Shown here: positions 25,060-35,566 of the stretch, piece by piece
Position numbering within the stretch: position 1 is the first letter of the stretch
Layout of the letters: each line of letters opens with the position of its first letter
Assembly (NCBI GenBank): GCA_048013815.1
Contig: CM106586.1
Coordinates: forward strand, 20,460,001 to 20,524,000
Reading direction: 5' to 3'
DNA from: Setoptus koraiensis
Taxonomy: Eukaryota; Animalia; Arthropoda
DNA length: 64,000 nucleotides
The notes under the pieces: model-generated
What the model was told of the DNA's origin: nothing
Databases searched by the model: none
Seen by the model: only the letters and a program-made list of their open reading frames with translations
Program-made: the position numbers and the translations under genes

Positions 25060-25245
25060 ACAAACAATTGCATATTGTGCCCATGTGATCTCGCTCGGTC
25101 CGCTCGCGCTCTTCGTTCCACAGCGCTAGCTTCCAACATTTCATCGGTTACCAGAGCCAAAATCGCCAATGAAACACTTGTTACAGCATACAAATGTTTA
25201 TACGGGCTTGGGCCCCATCTCTCTGGCCAATGGAGCAACAAAATC
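25060..25245 (-). pseudogene. Inverted trypsin signal-peptide remnant downstream of T1
   Basis: ORF 25047-25241 (minus) contains LYAVTSVSLAILALVTDEMLEASAVER, similar to LYAVTCVSLTILFLGPDEQLATSAFEQ. Confidence 0.7.
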
Positions 25246-25366
25246 TTCGTCCACTAGCTCGCATGACCATGGTCCGGATTTCGAGGAGCCGTGCGACACG
25301 ATCCTACACGATGATAACTTTTCAAGCAAATAATCGTTTTCGTTGTTGTGGCCTGGAGCTGATCAA

Positions 25367-25926
25367 TAGGGTAGGGCGAATCGGTCATCGAAACCAATTC
25401 ACTAAAATCGGTTCTTGTGGGAGGAAATATTGCATTTTTTCGGTTTTTTCTGTTTTTTGGGCTCTCGATACTTTTGAAACACCATATACAGTGGGTACAG
25501 GGTGCTTCCAGAATCCATGGTCTTGTTGCGTATTCCAGACAGAGAGCAAAATATCAGCGCGACTTAGGCTGACCGAAGTCAACAAATATCACAATTAATC
25601 AGTGATCAAGTGCCCAGAAACCGATTCTCGGATACCCCAACAGGGCAGCTTCTCTTTATAAAAATTTCTTTATGAAATTTCTTTTTGGGCTAAATTTCTA
25701 CTCTTTTCCATGAAAAGCATCCGTATTTCGGTCCTTATGTGCAAGTTGGTGAAAATCGGCGATTATGACTCATAATTTATGAGGAATAGGGGTTGAATTT
25801 CGGTTTTTCGGTGACTACAAATGCGTCTCGAAATCATCGTAATGAAAAGAACGACTCTCTGGAAAATTTTCCCGGTTTTGCCATGCACAGGAATAGTTCG
25901 GTTCGGGATCGATTTGCCCCACCCTA
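25367..25926. mobile_element. 560-bp non-autonomous DNA transposon (MITE-like) with about 20-bp terminal inverted repeats
   Basis: Left end TAGGGTAGGGCGAATCGGTC; right end reverse complement TAGGGTGGGGCAAATCGATC. It is flanked by gCTGATCAA and aCTGATCAA. The paralogous empty site ggagctgatcaagttac is at about 22609-22625. Confidence 0.85.
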
Positions 25927-26170
25927 ACTGATCAAGTTACACATTGAGAGCAGTAGATGTGTAGCGTGGAGGAAACATGTAGTGCTATTTTCAAAAACAT
26001 CGCCACCATCTACAAACCCAAACGAGCTCATCGTCGTGTGCCTTATCTGTCTCTCTATCCATGGTGGCACGCGTGAAAAAGAGGGTAAACTCAATTAGCG
26101 TTTTATCCAGTCATTTGTTAATCTGCCAATAAGAGCACAGAGATCGAAAAAAAGGTAGACTCTTGCAAGC

Positions 26171-28636
26171 ATGCATTGCAGCTTCACTCTGGCGAGCTTG
26201 CCACCGATGCTTGTCGGAAATGTTTGCCTGATTGCGTCATTGCTATTATCGATGGCAGTCGAGGTTGACTTACAACGACAGGACAGCCATAGCACTGTTG
26301 GCGTCGACAGACTGCTGTATGACCTGGAAAAAGGGGCCCAAATGGCGGGCTTATATTCGCACGATTATTGGCAATATTCACATGATGATCAAATAGGTTT
26401 GGCGCACACATCAACTGCGTCGCCCGAAGAATGCCACAATCAATTGGTGTGGCTGCTGGACAAATTCAACAGTGATAACAGTACAAATGGAAACACAAAA
26501 AATGGTACATCTCTATTGACAGAGGCCAGCGGTGAGGCCAACAAGCTCGTGCAATTTCTGGACAGTTTCGGCAGAGTTGAATCGGACATGTACAATGGCA
26601 ACATCTATTGGTTCGGATCGTATCAGCACTGTCTAGACGTCACACTTGACCATGCTCACAATGATGGTCGCAGGCCCATGAGAACGCGCTATTGTGTGGC
26701 CAAGATAATACTGAATTCTTGGTCTCATCTCTACGATAATGATAATTTTCGGCCCAAAATAACAATCAAAATGGGCATTTGTTTGCCCCATGACTGTCAC
26801 CAGCAAGCCTGTTCGAGCGAACACAGTGCAAATTTTGCCCTGGTGGAACAATTGATGAAAATAAACTTTGCCCAAATGGACCAACGGCGCTTCCAATTGA
26901 AAGATCTTTACTGTTTGCCGGAGGATCACAGCCAATGGAGACAGTTGTCCTGGCAAGCAAACATCTGGTTGGCGTTCGTTTGCGTCTGGCTGTCATTGGT
27001 GGCTGTGGCCACCTCAATGGACATTTGCACCGGAAGCAAGAGACCGGAAACGGACGAAAAACATAAAATACAACAGGTTGACGCGAAATGGCGCTGGCCA
27101 AAGATGTTGAGTGTCCGCGAGAATGGGCGACATTTGTTGGCCCATTGTAAGCGAGTTTCGCCGGCCGAGCAATTATGCCGCAGCGATTTGACGCCAATAG
27201 ATTGTGTCAGGGTGGTGAGCGTGCTGTTTATTGTGTGCTCGAACACATTAATAATGCTGGCCGCTTATCCCTACCGGCTGACAAATCTCGTCGAGGACAC
27301 GCAATCGTTGGGGACCTTGATTCTGGTGACATCGTCGCCGCTAATAGTGGACACAATGCTTGTTGTGTGGGGCTTCTCAGCGGGCTACCATCTATGGGGC
27401 CGCTTCGGAACAAATTGTCACAGATTGACACAATTGCGCACTTGGTTCCAAATTCAATTGGCCCACTATGTTCGCCTATGTCCCGGTTATTTGCTGGCTT
27501 ATTATTTCACAAAACACCTACTGGTGGCGCTGGGCAGTGGGCCCAATTGGGACTATGGCACCGGCGATGTCACGTCTCGTATGAGTGGCTGCAAACACGA
27601 ACCCTGGCAAGCGGCCATTTTGTATTTTGTCAATTTAAGCGGCGCCGGCCAGTCAACAGGCTCAAGATGCTCGCCCACAAGCTGGCTTTTGGCGCTTGAG
27701 GTGCAAATATTTCTCATTGTTCCAATAGTTTTGTTTGTTTGGACAAAATGTGACACTGGACACCGGAAGTGGCTGTCGAGCGAAAAATGGCTGCCTGGGG
27801 CACTAGTTGCACTGGCCTCAATGGACACTCTCAGGTCACTAGAACAGAGCGAACAGGCGGGCACCGGAAGTGGCTTGCACTCGAGTCAGCTGTACTCGGT
27901 GGCGCTACCTGTCATGCGATACTATGGCCGGCTTCGAATGATGCACTTGGTCGCGACGGCCGGCCCGGCCCTCGTTGGATTGTGCGCGGGACAAAGGGTT
28001 TGCGCCTACGAAAGCCTCAACGACAAGCCAACATCCGGCAATCAGCACGGCCCCTCAGCTGGGTGGCTCGACTATTGGCCCGGTTGCGTCACAAACAGTA
28101 GCCTGTTCAAATTGACACTGGCTCTCGCTGTTGTGGCCTTTTTAGCGCCAACAATCTTCATTGGTTGCAGCCAATATTGGCCCCACTATTGGCAAACAAT
28201 TGACCCCAAATGGGCGCTATGCGCAACGAGTTGTGTGCGAGCCTGCTGGACAGTATGCCAGACGATAGTAATTGTGAGGCTAGTGACAAACAGCCAGTCA
28301 ATTGCCACGAATGCCAACACAAGTCACCTTTACACTTATAAATGCATACTATACTGGCCTGGCTGGTCAGTGCTGGCTCCACTCACCTACGCCATGTATA
28401 TCGTTCACGCGGATGTTATTTATTTCTGCCTGATGAAATTGGGCGCAAACAGCGACACTCTGGCGGACCTGACAACATTTAATCTGTTTAAATTGAACAC
28501 TTTTGTAATGTGCCTCACAGTGACACTTGGGGGCCTCGTTCACCTGGTGTTCGAGATGCCCATGCACAAACTGCAAGCGCGTTTAGGCCTGTCTTGCCAC
28601 AATTTGTTTGGGGCTCGGTCGCTTCTGCTCAAGTGA
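26171..28636 (+). CDS. NRF-6-like (nose resistant to fluoxetine 6) protein: NRF domain plus acyltransferase-3 multipass domain, intronless
   Basis: LDSFGR...IYWFGSYQHCL; RYCVA; KMGICLPHDC (NRF domain); IDCVRVVS; VDTMLVVWGF; SWLLALEVQIF; LAPLTYAMYIVH; HLVFEMPM (acyltransferase-3 pattern). Confidence 0.9.
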   Translation: MHCSFTLASLPPMLVGNVCLIASLLLSMAVEVDLQRQDSHSTVGVDRLLYDLEKGAQMAGLYSHDYWQYSHDDQIGLAHTSTASPEECHNQLVWLLDKFNSDNSTNGNTKNGTSLLTEASGEANKLVQFLDSFGRVESDMYNGNIYWFGSYQHCLDVTLDHAHNDGRRPMRTRYCVAKIILNSWSHLYDNDNFRPKITIKMGICLPHDCHQQACSSEHSANFALVEQLMKINFAQMDQRRFQLKDLYCLPEDHSQWRQLSWQANIWLAFVCVWLSLVAVATSMDICTGSKRPETDEKHKIQQVDAKWRWPKMLSVRENGRHLLAHCKRVSPAEQLCRSDLTPIDCVRVVSVLFIVCSNTLIMLAAYPYRLTNLVEDTQSLGTLILVTSSPLIVDTMLVVWGFSAGYHLWGRFGTNCHRLTQLRTWFQIQLAHYVRLCPGYLLAYYFTKHLLVALGSGPNWDYGTGDVTSRMSGCKHEPWQAAILYFVNLSGAGQSTGSRCSPTSWLLALEVQIFLIVPIVLFVWTKCDTGHRKWLSSEKWLPGALVALASMDTLRSLEQSEQAGTGSGLHSSQLYSVALPVMRYYGRLRMMHLVATAGPALVGLCAGQRVCAYESLNDKPTSGNQHGPSAGWLDYWPGCVTNSSLFKLTLALAVVAFLAPTIFIGCSQYWPHYWQTIDPKWALCATSCVRACWTVCQTIVIVRLVTNSQSIATNANTSHLYTYKCILYWPGWSVLAPLTYAMYIVHADVIYFCLMKLGANSDTLADLTTFNLFKLNTFVMCLTVTLGGLVHLVFEMPMHKLQARLGLSCHNLFGARSLLLK

Positions 28637-29017
28637 AACACGCCCGGGACCCCGATGGTGGCACTCGGTTTTTTTTCATCCAATTACGAGTGGACAAACA
28701 GATACGACAGATGGCTGTTGTTGTTGTTGTTGGTGATCGCCGTTCAACTAATAGACATGCTGTTCTTTTGAGCGAATTGCTCGCCAAGATCGCATTTTAC
28801 TGTACAGACTAAATTATTGAAGACAAGTAAATAGAATGCGACATGCAAAACCATACTGAGCTGTACCTCGATCTGTGACACTGGCGCAATCTGATTATTC
28901 TCATATCGCACGCTCAAAATTGCACAGCGATCAGGAAAACGAAATCTCTGAGAGGCCAGTCAATGAACATGATGTGGCTGGATGGATCAGCAAAAGTGAA
29001 ATAAATATCCAAATCAA
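28620..29017 (-). pseudogene. Captured ATG7 internal fragment, copy B, overlapping the NRF-6-like stop and 3' flank
   Basis: For example cgatcaggaaaacgaaatctctgagaggccag (about 28927) vs ATG7 cgatcaggcaaatgaaatttctgagcggccag (about 40708). Confidence 0.85.
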
Positions 29018-29643
29018 TAGTTTTACAGTTGTCATTATAGTAATCAAATGAGAGTAAAGTGGCGCCGTCTGAACAGAGCCACATATAAGCAATATATTTA
29101 TTCCATTATGGAATTTCCACAACAGTGATGCTCACTTGTGGAAAGTACCAGTTTTGTTTGAAATTTTCGGTTAGTGTTAAGTTTTAACAATCAGAAATCA
29201 CTGCATCGATGTGGCACTTTCCAGCCCCATATAAGGTGTATTCACTACGACCACTCTATGAATTAATATCAAAACTTGAGTTTTTTTCACCATCCAACAC
29301 CATGTCTACATGTCAGTATTAATTTTAATCTAGTTGATTAATACCTAATACTGAATTAATTTGAGTTAATTCTATCTATCTATTTCGATTGATTATTTTG
29401 GCCTGAGCCTGATCATGTTACACATTGAAAGCAGTTGATGTGCAGCGAAGGCAACATGCAGAGTTATTTTTTTCCTCTCAAAAACATCGCACCAAACGAA
29501 CGCCACTATGAATGATCCCAAAAGACTGCAAAATATCGACTTCAAATGCAAATGTCTGGAGAGTGCTTGATTGATTGATTTGACGGCGAAGAGACTTTTG
29601 CATACTCAGACAAGTGGACAGAGAGGTGAATGAATTGAAAGAC

Positions 29644-30795
29644 ATGGCTCCCTCGCTTTTGCCACTATTATTGTATGCTGTAACATGTGTATCGTTGACG
29701 ATTTTATTTCTTGGCCCCGATGAACAGTTAGCAACTAGTGCTTTTGAGCAACTAGAATGGCCAACAGATGAGGCGCAATATGGCGATGCGGAAATTTTCG
29801 GATCAAAAAGTAATCATATCATATCGTCAGTTCATCGCCGTTTAGCAAAGAAAAAAGAGAACGAGGAAGCGAAAAGGTCTAAGACGTGTATAGGAAATAG
29901 ACGCCGCGATCCACACTGTAAAAAACCAAGAACAACAACAACAACAAAGACACCAACAACAACGACAACGACATTGAAGCCTGGTGATGTCCCATGCGGC
30001 ATAAACCCGAATCCCTCAAGTGATAGATGGAAACCGATTAATCCGCATAAAAATCATTCGCAAAGGGTCCTTAATGGTAGAGACATTAATCCGGGCGATT
30101 TTCCTTGGGTGGCGTATGTAGTTAGTCAGGGTACCTGTACTGCCACAATCATACACAGACGAGCTGTATTGGCGACTCACCATTGCATATTGCCCAGTGG
30201 ACAGGCCATTGTTTACGCCGGTTTACACAATATGACGAATCTTAACGCTTTCGAAGTACCGAATCTACAAATTAGATATTCTAAAAAAATCTATCTCAGA
30301 TTAGAGGAAGATTTATCCCTCATCATGCTAGCGCAACCCCTGACTTGGACCAACTATGTCAGACCCGTTTGTTTGCCAGAATTTTATGCGGATGAATTAG
30401 CTCCAGGCACACAGGTCGTCATGGCTGGCTATGGGATAACCGGTTACGATGAAGACGGCTATTCTATCGATCCAGTCATACCAAAGGGTGTTTTTTTAAA
30501 TATCCAAACTGACAAACGGTGCACTGCTGTATTCGGTAGTTACTACAGACAAGATCTTTATTTTTGCGTAAGTTGGGCGGGGAATCCACCCCCTAGGGGA
30601 ATGTGCGCAGGTGATTGTGGTGGGCCAGCGTTGGTCGTCAGGGATGGTCGGTGGATAGCTTATGGTGTACTACACGGTGGTAATGCAGACTGTGATGAGG
30701 CTGATGCAGCGGATTCCGCCGACATCATAATTAAGATAAATTCCCCCCCTATCAGGTTGTGGATTGACGGTCGATTGGGTGACCTAGAAGACTAG
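29644..30795 (+). CDS. Secreted trypsin-fold homolog T2, Ser195 replaced by Cys
   Basis: Same leader as T1; Thr-rich linker; SQR|VLNG; ATHHC (His); EEDLSLI (Asp); GMCAGDCGGP (TGT at 30616). Confidence 0.92.
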   Translation: MAPSLLPLLLYAVTCVSLTILFLGPDEQLATSAFEQLEWPTDEAQYGDAEIFGSKSNHIISSVHRRLAKKKENEEAKRSKTCIGNRRRDPHCKKPRTTTTTKTPTTTTTTLKPGDVPCGINPNPSSDRWKPINPHKNHSQRVLNGRDINPGDFPWVAYVVSQGTCTATIIHRRAVLATHHCILPSGQAIVYAGLHNMTNLNAFEVPNLQIRYSKKIYLRLEEDLSLIMLAQPLTWTNYVRPVCLPEFYADELAPGTQVVMAGYGITGYDEDGYSIDPVIPKGVFLNIQTDKRCTAVFGSYYRQDLYFCVSWAGNPPPRGMCAGDCGGPALVVRDGRWIAYGVLHGGNADCDEADAADSADIIIKINSPPIRLWIDGRLGDLED

Positions 30796-31738
30796 TTCTT
30801 TTCTTTCGCTCTATAATTTTTCAGTAGTTGAGCCTAGATGGGCACTATTTAAGAACTTGCATTTCTACAATTTACAATTTTGCTTATTCAAAAAACTACT
30901 TCTGCCAGTTGTATCATGTAACTCAATGAACATGCCACTTTATTCGACAATCTCTCACTAATCACCGGCAAACAAATAAAAGGTGCCCATTACTGCGATT
31001 TGTGCAAAAGTAGGCTTGATCGAATCCAATCATGTTGCAAGTGAGTAAGTGGCAGGCCCCAACAAAGCCACAAAGACAATAAACATAAATCATAGGTCCT
31101 ATTCGAAGTGCGAAGGTGACACAAAAAGTGGGTGCACAGTTTTCTTGGAGCTTCCGGTTCGCACAATGATATTCCTATCTCTTTTGTAGCGCAACTAGAC
31201 TTCGGTGATTTGAGCTTTTCTGCCTCGCACACTCCTCGTCATCATCGTGCCCATATTGCGCTCGTTATTTCACAGCACTAGCCTCCATTTTTCCATCTAT
31301 TATCAGAGCTCAAATCGTCAATGATACACATGTTACAGCACCATACGAAAGTGTTGAAAAAAAGATTGTAGAAATAAAAAACAAAAAAAATAATAAAATA
31401 AAAGTGCATAAATGAGTATCATGGACTCTGTACAGTCGAGCCAATAGATCAGACGAATTTTGAATGGCAGACAGTGGTCGAGTTTGGGAATAGCATGATA
31501 TCGAGTATCACGTTAACAGTTTAAGTTGCTGAAAAATCCTCTGACAGTCCAGATGTGTAGCGATGGGAACATGTTGAGCTGTTTTCAAAAACACTACCAT
31601 CATAAACTAAACGAAACGACTACGAAATCTATACTCTGAATGCAAACTCTGAAAAGTAGATTGATCCGAGGACAGAGGAGACTTTTGGATGAGTAGGCAA
31701 GCAAAAGCGGTTCGAAAGATTGAAAAAGATTGCGAGAC

Positions 31739-32539
31739 ATGGCTCCCGTTCGAGTGCCAGCACTTTTGTTTGTTGTGACAACGACAACGACAAAGAGGCC
31801 TCCTTATGATGTCAAAGATTGTGGCATCAATCCGAATCCATCAAGTAATGTATGGATTCCGAATGTAAATCGCCATAGGTCGCTAAGGATTCCCAATGGC
31901 AAAGAGTATCAACCAGGTGATTTTCCCTGGTTAATGTATATTGAGACTTCATCTGCTAAATGTAGTGGCATACTCATACACAAACGAGCTTTTTTGACGA
32001 AGAAAATTTGCGTGAGTGAAGACGACATCGTAAACTCGGACGCCTCTCTTTATGCCGGTGTACACAATAATTCGATACTTGATGAGGATGTAATTGCGAA
32101 TCAACAGTCAAAGGATGTTTTTGCAATCTCTCGTCACGATAAAGAAAATGTAACACTGATCATACAGGAACCAATGGAATTGACGAACTATGTCAGACCC
32201 GATCAAAAACCTTTATCTCCATATACAAATATCACCCTTGCTGGCTGGGGGGCCACCGGTCTAAATAAATCGGTAGAACCACCAAAGCTCAACTATCCAC
32301 AAACACCAAGGGCTATTTTTATGACAATCCAGACTGACGAGTGGTGTGGGTTAAAAAAAAAACAAGCTAAGTCTAAGTTTTGTGCATCTTCAGACGGTCC
32401 ACCCTTTAGGTCAGCCTGCGTCGGTGATTTGGGTGGGCTAGCCTTGTATGTCAGGGGTGGTCGGTGGGAAGCGCATAGTATTATTATTCGTTCACCATTG
32501 TGTGACGAGAGGGCAAGTGCTAACAGAACCTATACTTGA
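31739..32539 (+). pseudogene. Chimeric, triad-less trypsin-fold homolog T3 with a premature TGA (homologous frame continues to TAG 32621-32623)
   Basis: Truncated leader; His, Asp and Ser all lost (TKKIC, KENVTL, GDLGG); VCLPPL deleted. After TGA 32537 the frame reads FIRLTAGPVRLWIDKTL, like T4 VLRLTASPVRSWIQRRL. Confidence 0.8.
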
Positions 32540-32662
32540 TTTATAAGGCTAACTGCAGGTCCTGTCAGGTTGTGGATCGACAAAACATTAGCTAAATATC
32601 TAGGTGGGTCGAATGGTTATTAGTTGTTGACACATTGTCATCAGTTGTATCATGTAACTCAA

Positions 32663-32776
32663 TTTTTCGCAAACATTTTTCGCAAACATTTTACGCGAAA
32701 ATTTTTCGCAAACATTTTTCGCAAACATTTTTCGCAAACATTTTTCGCGAACGTTTTTCGCAAAAATTTTTCGCAC
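32663..32776. repeat. 13-bp tandem array (TTTTTCGCAAACA) x about 9
   Basis: Read directly. It begins exactly where the T4-type 3' flank (gtaactcaat|gaacatgcc) is interrupted. Confidence 0.95.
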
Positions 32777-33185
32777 ACGCATGCCGGTGTTTTTGTATCA
32801 TCTGTCATCGTGCAGACACACTGTTGATCCCGAGCAAACCAGCGTATCGAGTCATTGCAGACGGCAACATCTTCTCTCTCGACAAACAAAGATTTTCTTG
32901 CCGGCGAATTCGATGAGTTTCTTCGTTGAGTTTGACAAACGAAACGTTGGCCGGCGTTCGAGATGCCCGACAAGGCACAAACGCTAAGCGAATGCCATTT
33001 CAAGCGCGTTTCAGCATATCACATTACGCGCGCAAGCAGCCAACCACCACACATCCGGCCGAGGGTGCTCGTCTCACGCCCGCCACCACACCATGCGGCA
33101 CCAATCTGCTATAGCTTAACAGCTTGCAGTAGTGTAAAATAATCAGTGATCAGTGGCCCGACAATCGTGTTGATCAATTTTGAAA

Positions 33186-33993
33186 ATGTTCAGCAATCAT
33201 TGTTTGTGTTGGCACCACACGATGACGTTTTTCGTATTAGCAACCACTTGTTGTCTGCTCATCATCTGGCCGAATCTGGTCAGCCTGGCGTCGCGCGGTC
33301 AGCCGGCAAGCAAGCTTGATAGCGCGCCCGCGCCCGAGCACGACGACGATTTTCTGGGAAACATCTTCAGAGAGAGCACATTTTACGCCCGAAAATATCC
33401 CCATTTGCGCGACGAAGAAACGGGCCAATCGATAGCCCCCAAGGATTACGTTAACATATCGCTGCTTCTGGCGAATTCAGACGGACTTCATGCGGCGCAG
33501 GTCAGCCAGCAGAGTCAATTGTACAACAGGGAGAAGGCCCTCGAATTCATTATGCTGTACACCAGCGACAGGTGGCTCTATTCGAGCGAGGGCGACTTGC
33601 GCCGGGCCCTGGCCCCGTCTGTCGCAGAGCGGCAGTGCTCGCGCGATCTCGACACTATACTCGCCGGCATCAATCGCCCGGAGCCAATCGAGGACAGCGA
33701 TATTGCCAGAGACGGCCTGTTGTTGTTATTAAACGCGTTCGGGCGGCCCCAACGGGACACCTATTACGGCACCACTCACTGGCTGGGCTCTCACAGGGGC
33801 TGCTTGCGACTGTCGCAAAATAACAAGCAAAAATTGATTTTGCACCCCAATCGCACCCGTCATCCGCCAATGGGCACCAGATACTGCTTGGGCAAACTGG
33901 AGTCTCCCGATTGGTTTCAGCGCGCCAACAGAGAGCTGCACGGTCGACAGCCTATGGAGAGATTTTCGCCTAGGGTGAGCATCAAAATAGGCT
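33186..33993 (+). CDS. Second NRF-6-like paralog, 5' part only (runs into the assembly gap)
   Basis: Hydrophobic leader; LLNAFGRP...THWLGSHRGCL; RYCLGK; RVSIKIG parallel the NRF domain of 26171-28636 but are clearly diverged. Confidence 0.8.
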
Positions 33994-34493
33994 NNNNNNN
34001 NNNNNNNNNNNNNNNNNNNNNNNNNNNNNNNNNNNNNNNNNNNNNNNNNNNNNNNNNNNNNNNNNNNNNNNNNNNNNNNNNNNNNNNNNNNNNNNNNNNN
34101 NNNNNNNNNNNNNNNNNNNNNNNNNNNNNNNNNNNNNNNNNNNNNNNNNNNNNNNNNNNNNNNNNNNNNNNNNNNNNNNNNNNNNNNNNNNNNNNNNNNN
34201 NNNNNNNNNNNNNNNNNNNNNNNNNNNNNNNNNNNNNNNNNNNNNNNNNNNNNNNNNNNNNNNNNNNNNNNNNNNNNNNNNNNNNNNNNNNNNNNNNNNN
34301 NNNNNNNNNNNNNNNNNNNNNNNNNNNNNNNNNNNNNNNNNNNNNNNNNNNNNNNNNNNNNNNNNNNNNNNNNNNNNNNNNNNNNNNNNNNNNNNNNNNN
34401 NNNNNNNNNNNNNNNNNNNNNNNNNNNNNNNNNNNNNNNNNNNNNNNNNNNNNNNNNNNNNNNNNNNNNNNNNNNNNNNNNNNNNNNNNNNNN
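33994..34493. other. Assembly gap, 500 N
   Basis: Run of exactly 500 N. Confidence 1.
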
Positions 34494-34546
34494 AAACTGC
34501 AAGCGCGTTTAGGGCCTGTCTTGCCACGATTTGTTTGGGGCTCGGT

Positions 34547-34940
34547 CGCTTCTGCTCAAGTGAAACACGGGCCCCGATGGTGGCACTCGGTTTTTTTTTC
34601 ATCCAATTACGAATGGACAAACAGATACGACGGATGGCTGTTGTTGTTGTTGTTGGTGATCGCCGTTCAACTAATAGACATGCTGTTCTTTTGAGCGAAT
34701 TGCTCGCCAAGATCGCATTTTACTGTACAGACTAAATTATTGAAGACAAGTAAATAGAATGCGACATGCAAAACCATACTGAGCTGTACCTCGATCTGTG
34801 ACACTGGCGCAATCTGATTATTCTCATATCGCACGCTCAAAATTGCACAGCGATCAGGAAAACGAAATCTCTGAGAGGCCAGTCAATGAACATGATGTGG
34901 CTGGATGGATCAGCAAAAGTGAAATAAATATCCAAATCAA
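34547..34940 (-). pseudogene. Captured ATG7 internal fragment, copy C
   Basis: Near-identical to copies A and B. The 63-aa off-frame ORF is identical at 23074, 28931 and 34854. Confidence 0.85.
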
Positions 34941-35566
34941 TAGTTTTACAGTTGTCATTATAGTAATCAAATGAGAGTAAAGTGGCGCCGTCTGAACAGA
35001 GCCACATATAAGCAATATATTTATTCCATTATGGAATTTCCACAACAGTGATGCTCACTTGTGGAAAGTACCAGTTTTGTTTGAAATTTTCGGTTAGTGT
35101 TAAGTTTTAACAATCAGAAATCACTGCATCGATGTGGCACTTTCCAGCCCCATATAAGGTGTATTCACTACGACCACTCTATGAATTAATATCAAAACTT
35201 GAGTTTTTTTCACCATTCAACACCATGTCTGCATGTCAATATTAATTTTAATCTAGTTGATTAATACCTAATACTGAATTAATTTGAGCTAATTCTATCT
35301 ATCTATTTCGATTGATTATTTTGGCCTGAGCCTGATCATGTTACACATTGAAAGCAGTTGATGTGCAGCGAAGGCAACATGCAGAGTTATTTTTTTCCTC
35401 TCAAAAACATCGCACCAAACGAACGCCACTATGAATGATCCCAAAAGACTGCAAAATATCGACTTCAAATGCAAATGTCTGGAGAGTGCTTGATTGATTG
35501 ATTTGACGGCGAAGAGACTTTTGCATACTCAGACAAGTGGACAGAGAGGTGAATGAATTGAAAGAC

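Noticed and set aside
33180-34710. 504-aa, 257-aa and 242-aa ORFs crossing the N run
   Set aside because: Artefacts of translating through the gap.
23074-35045. Identical 63-aa minus-strand ORF present three times
   Set aside because: An off-frame reading of the duplicated ATG7 fragment, not a gene.
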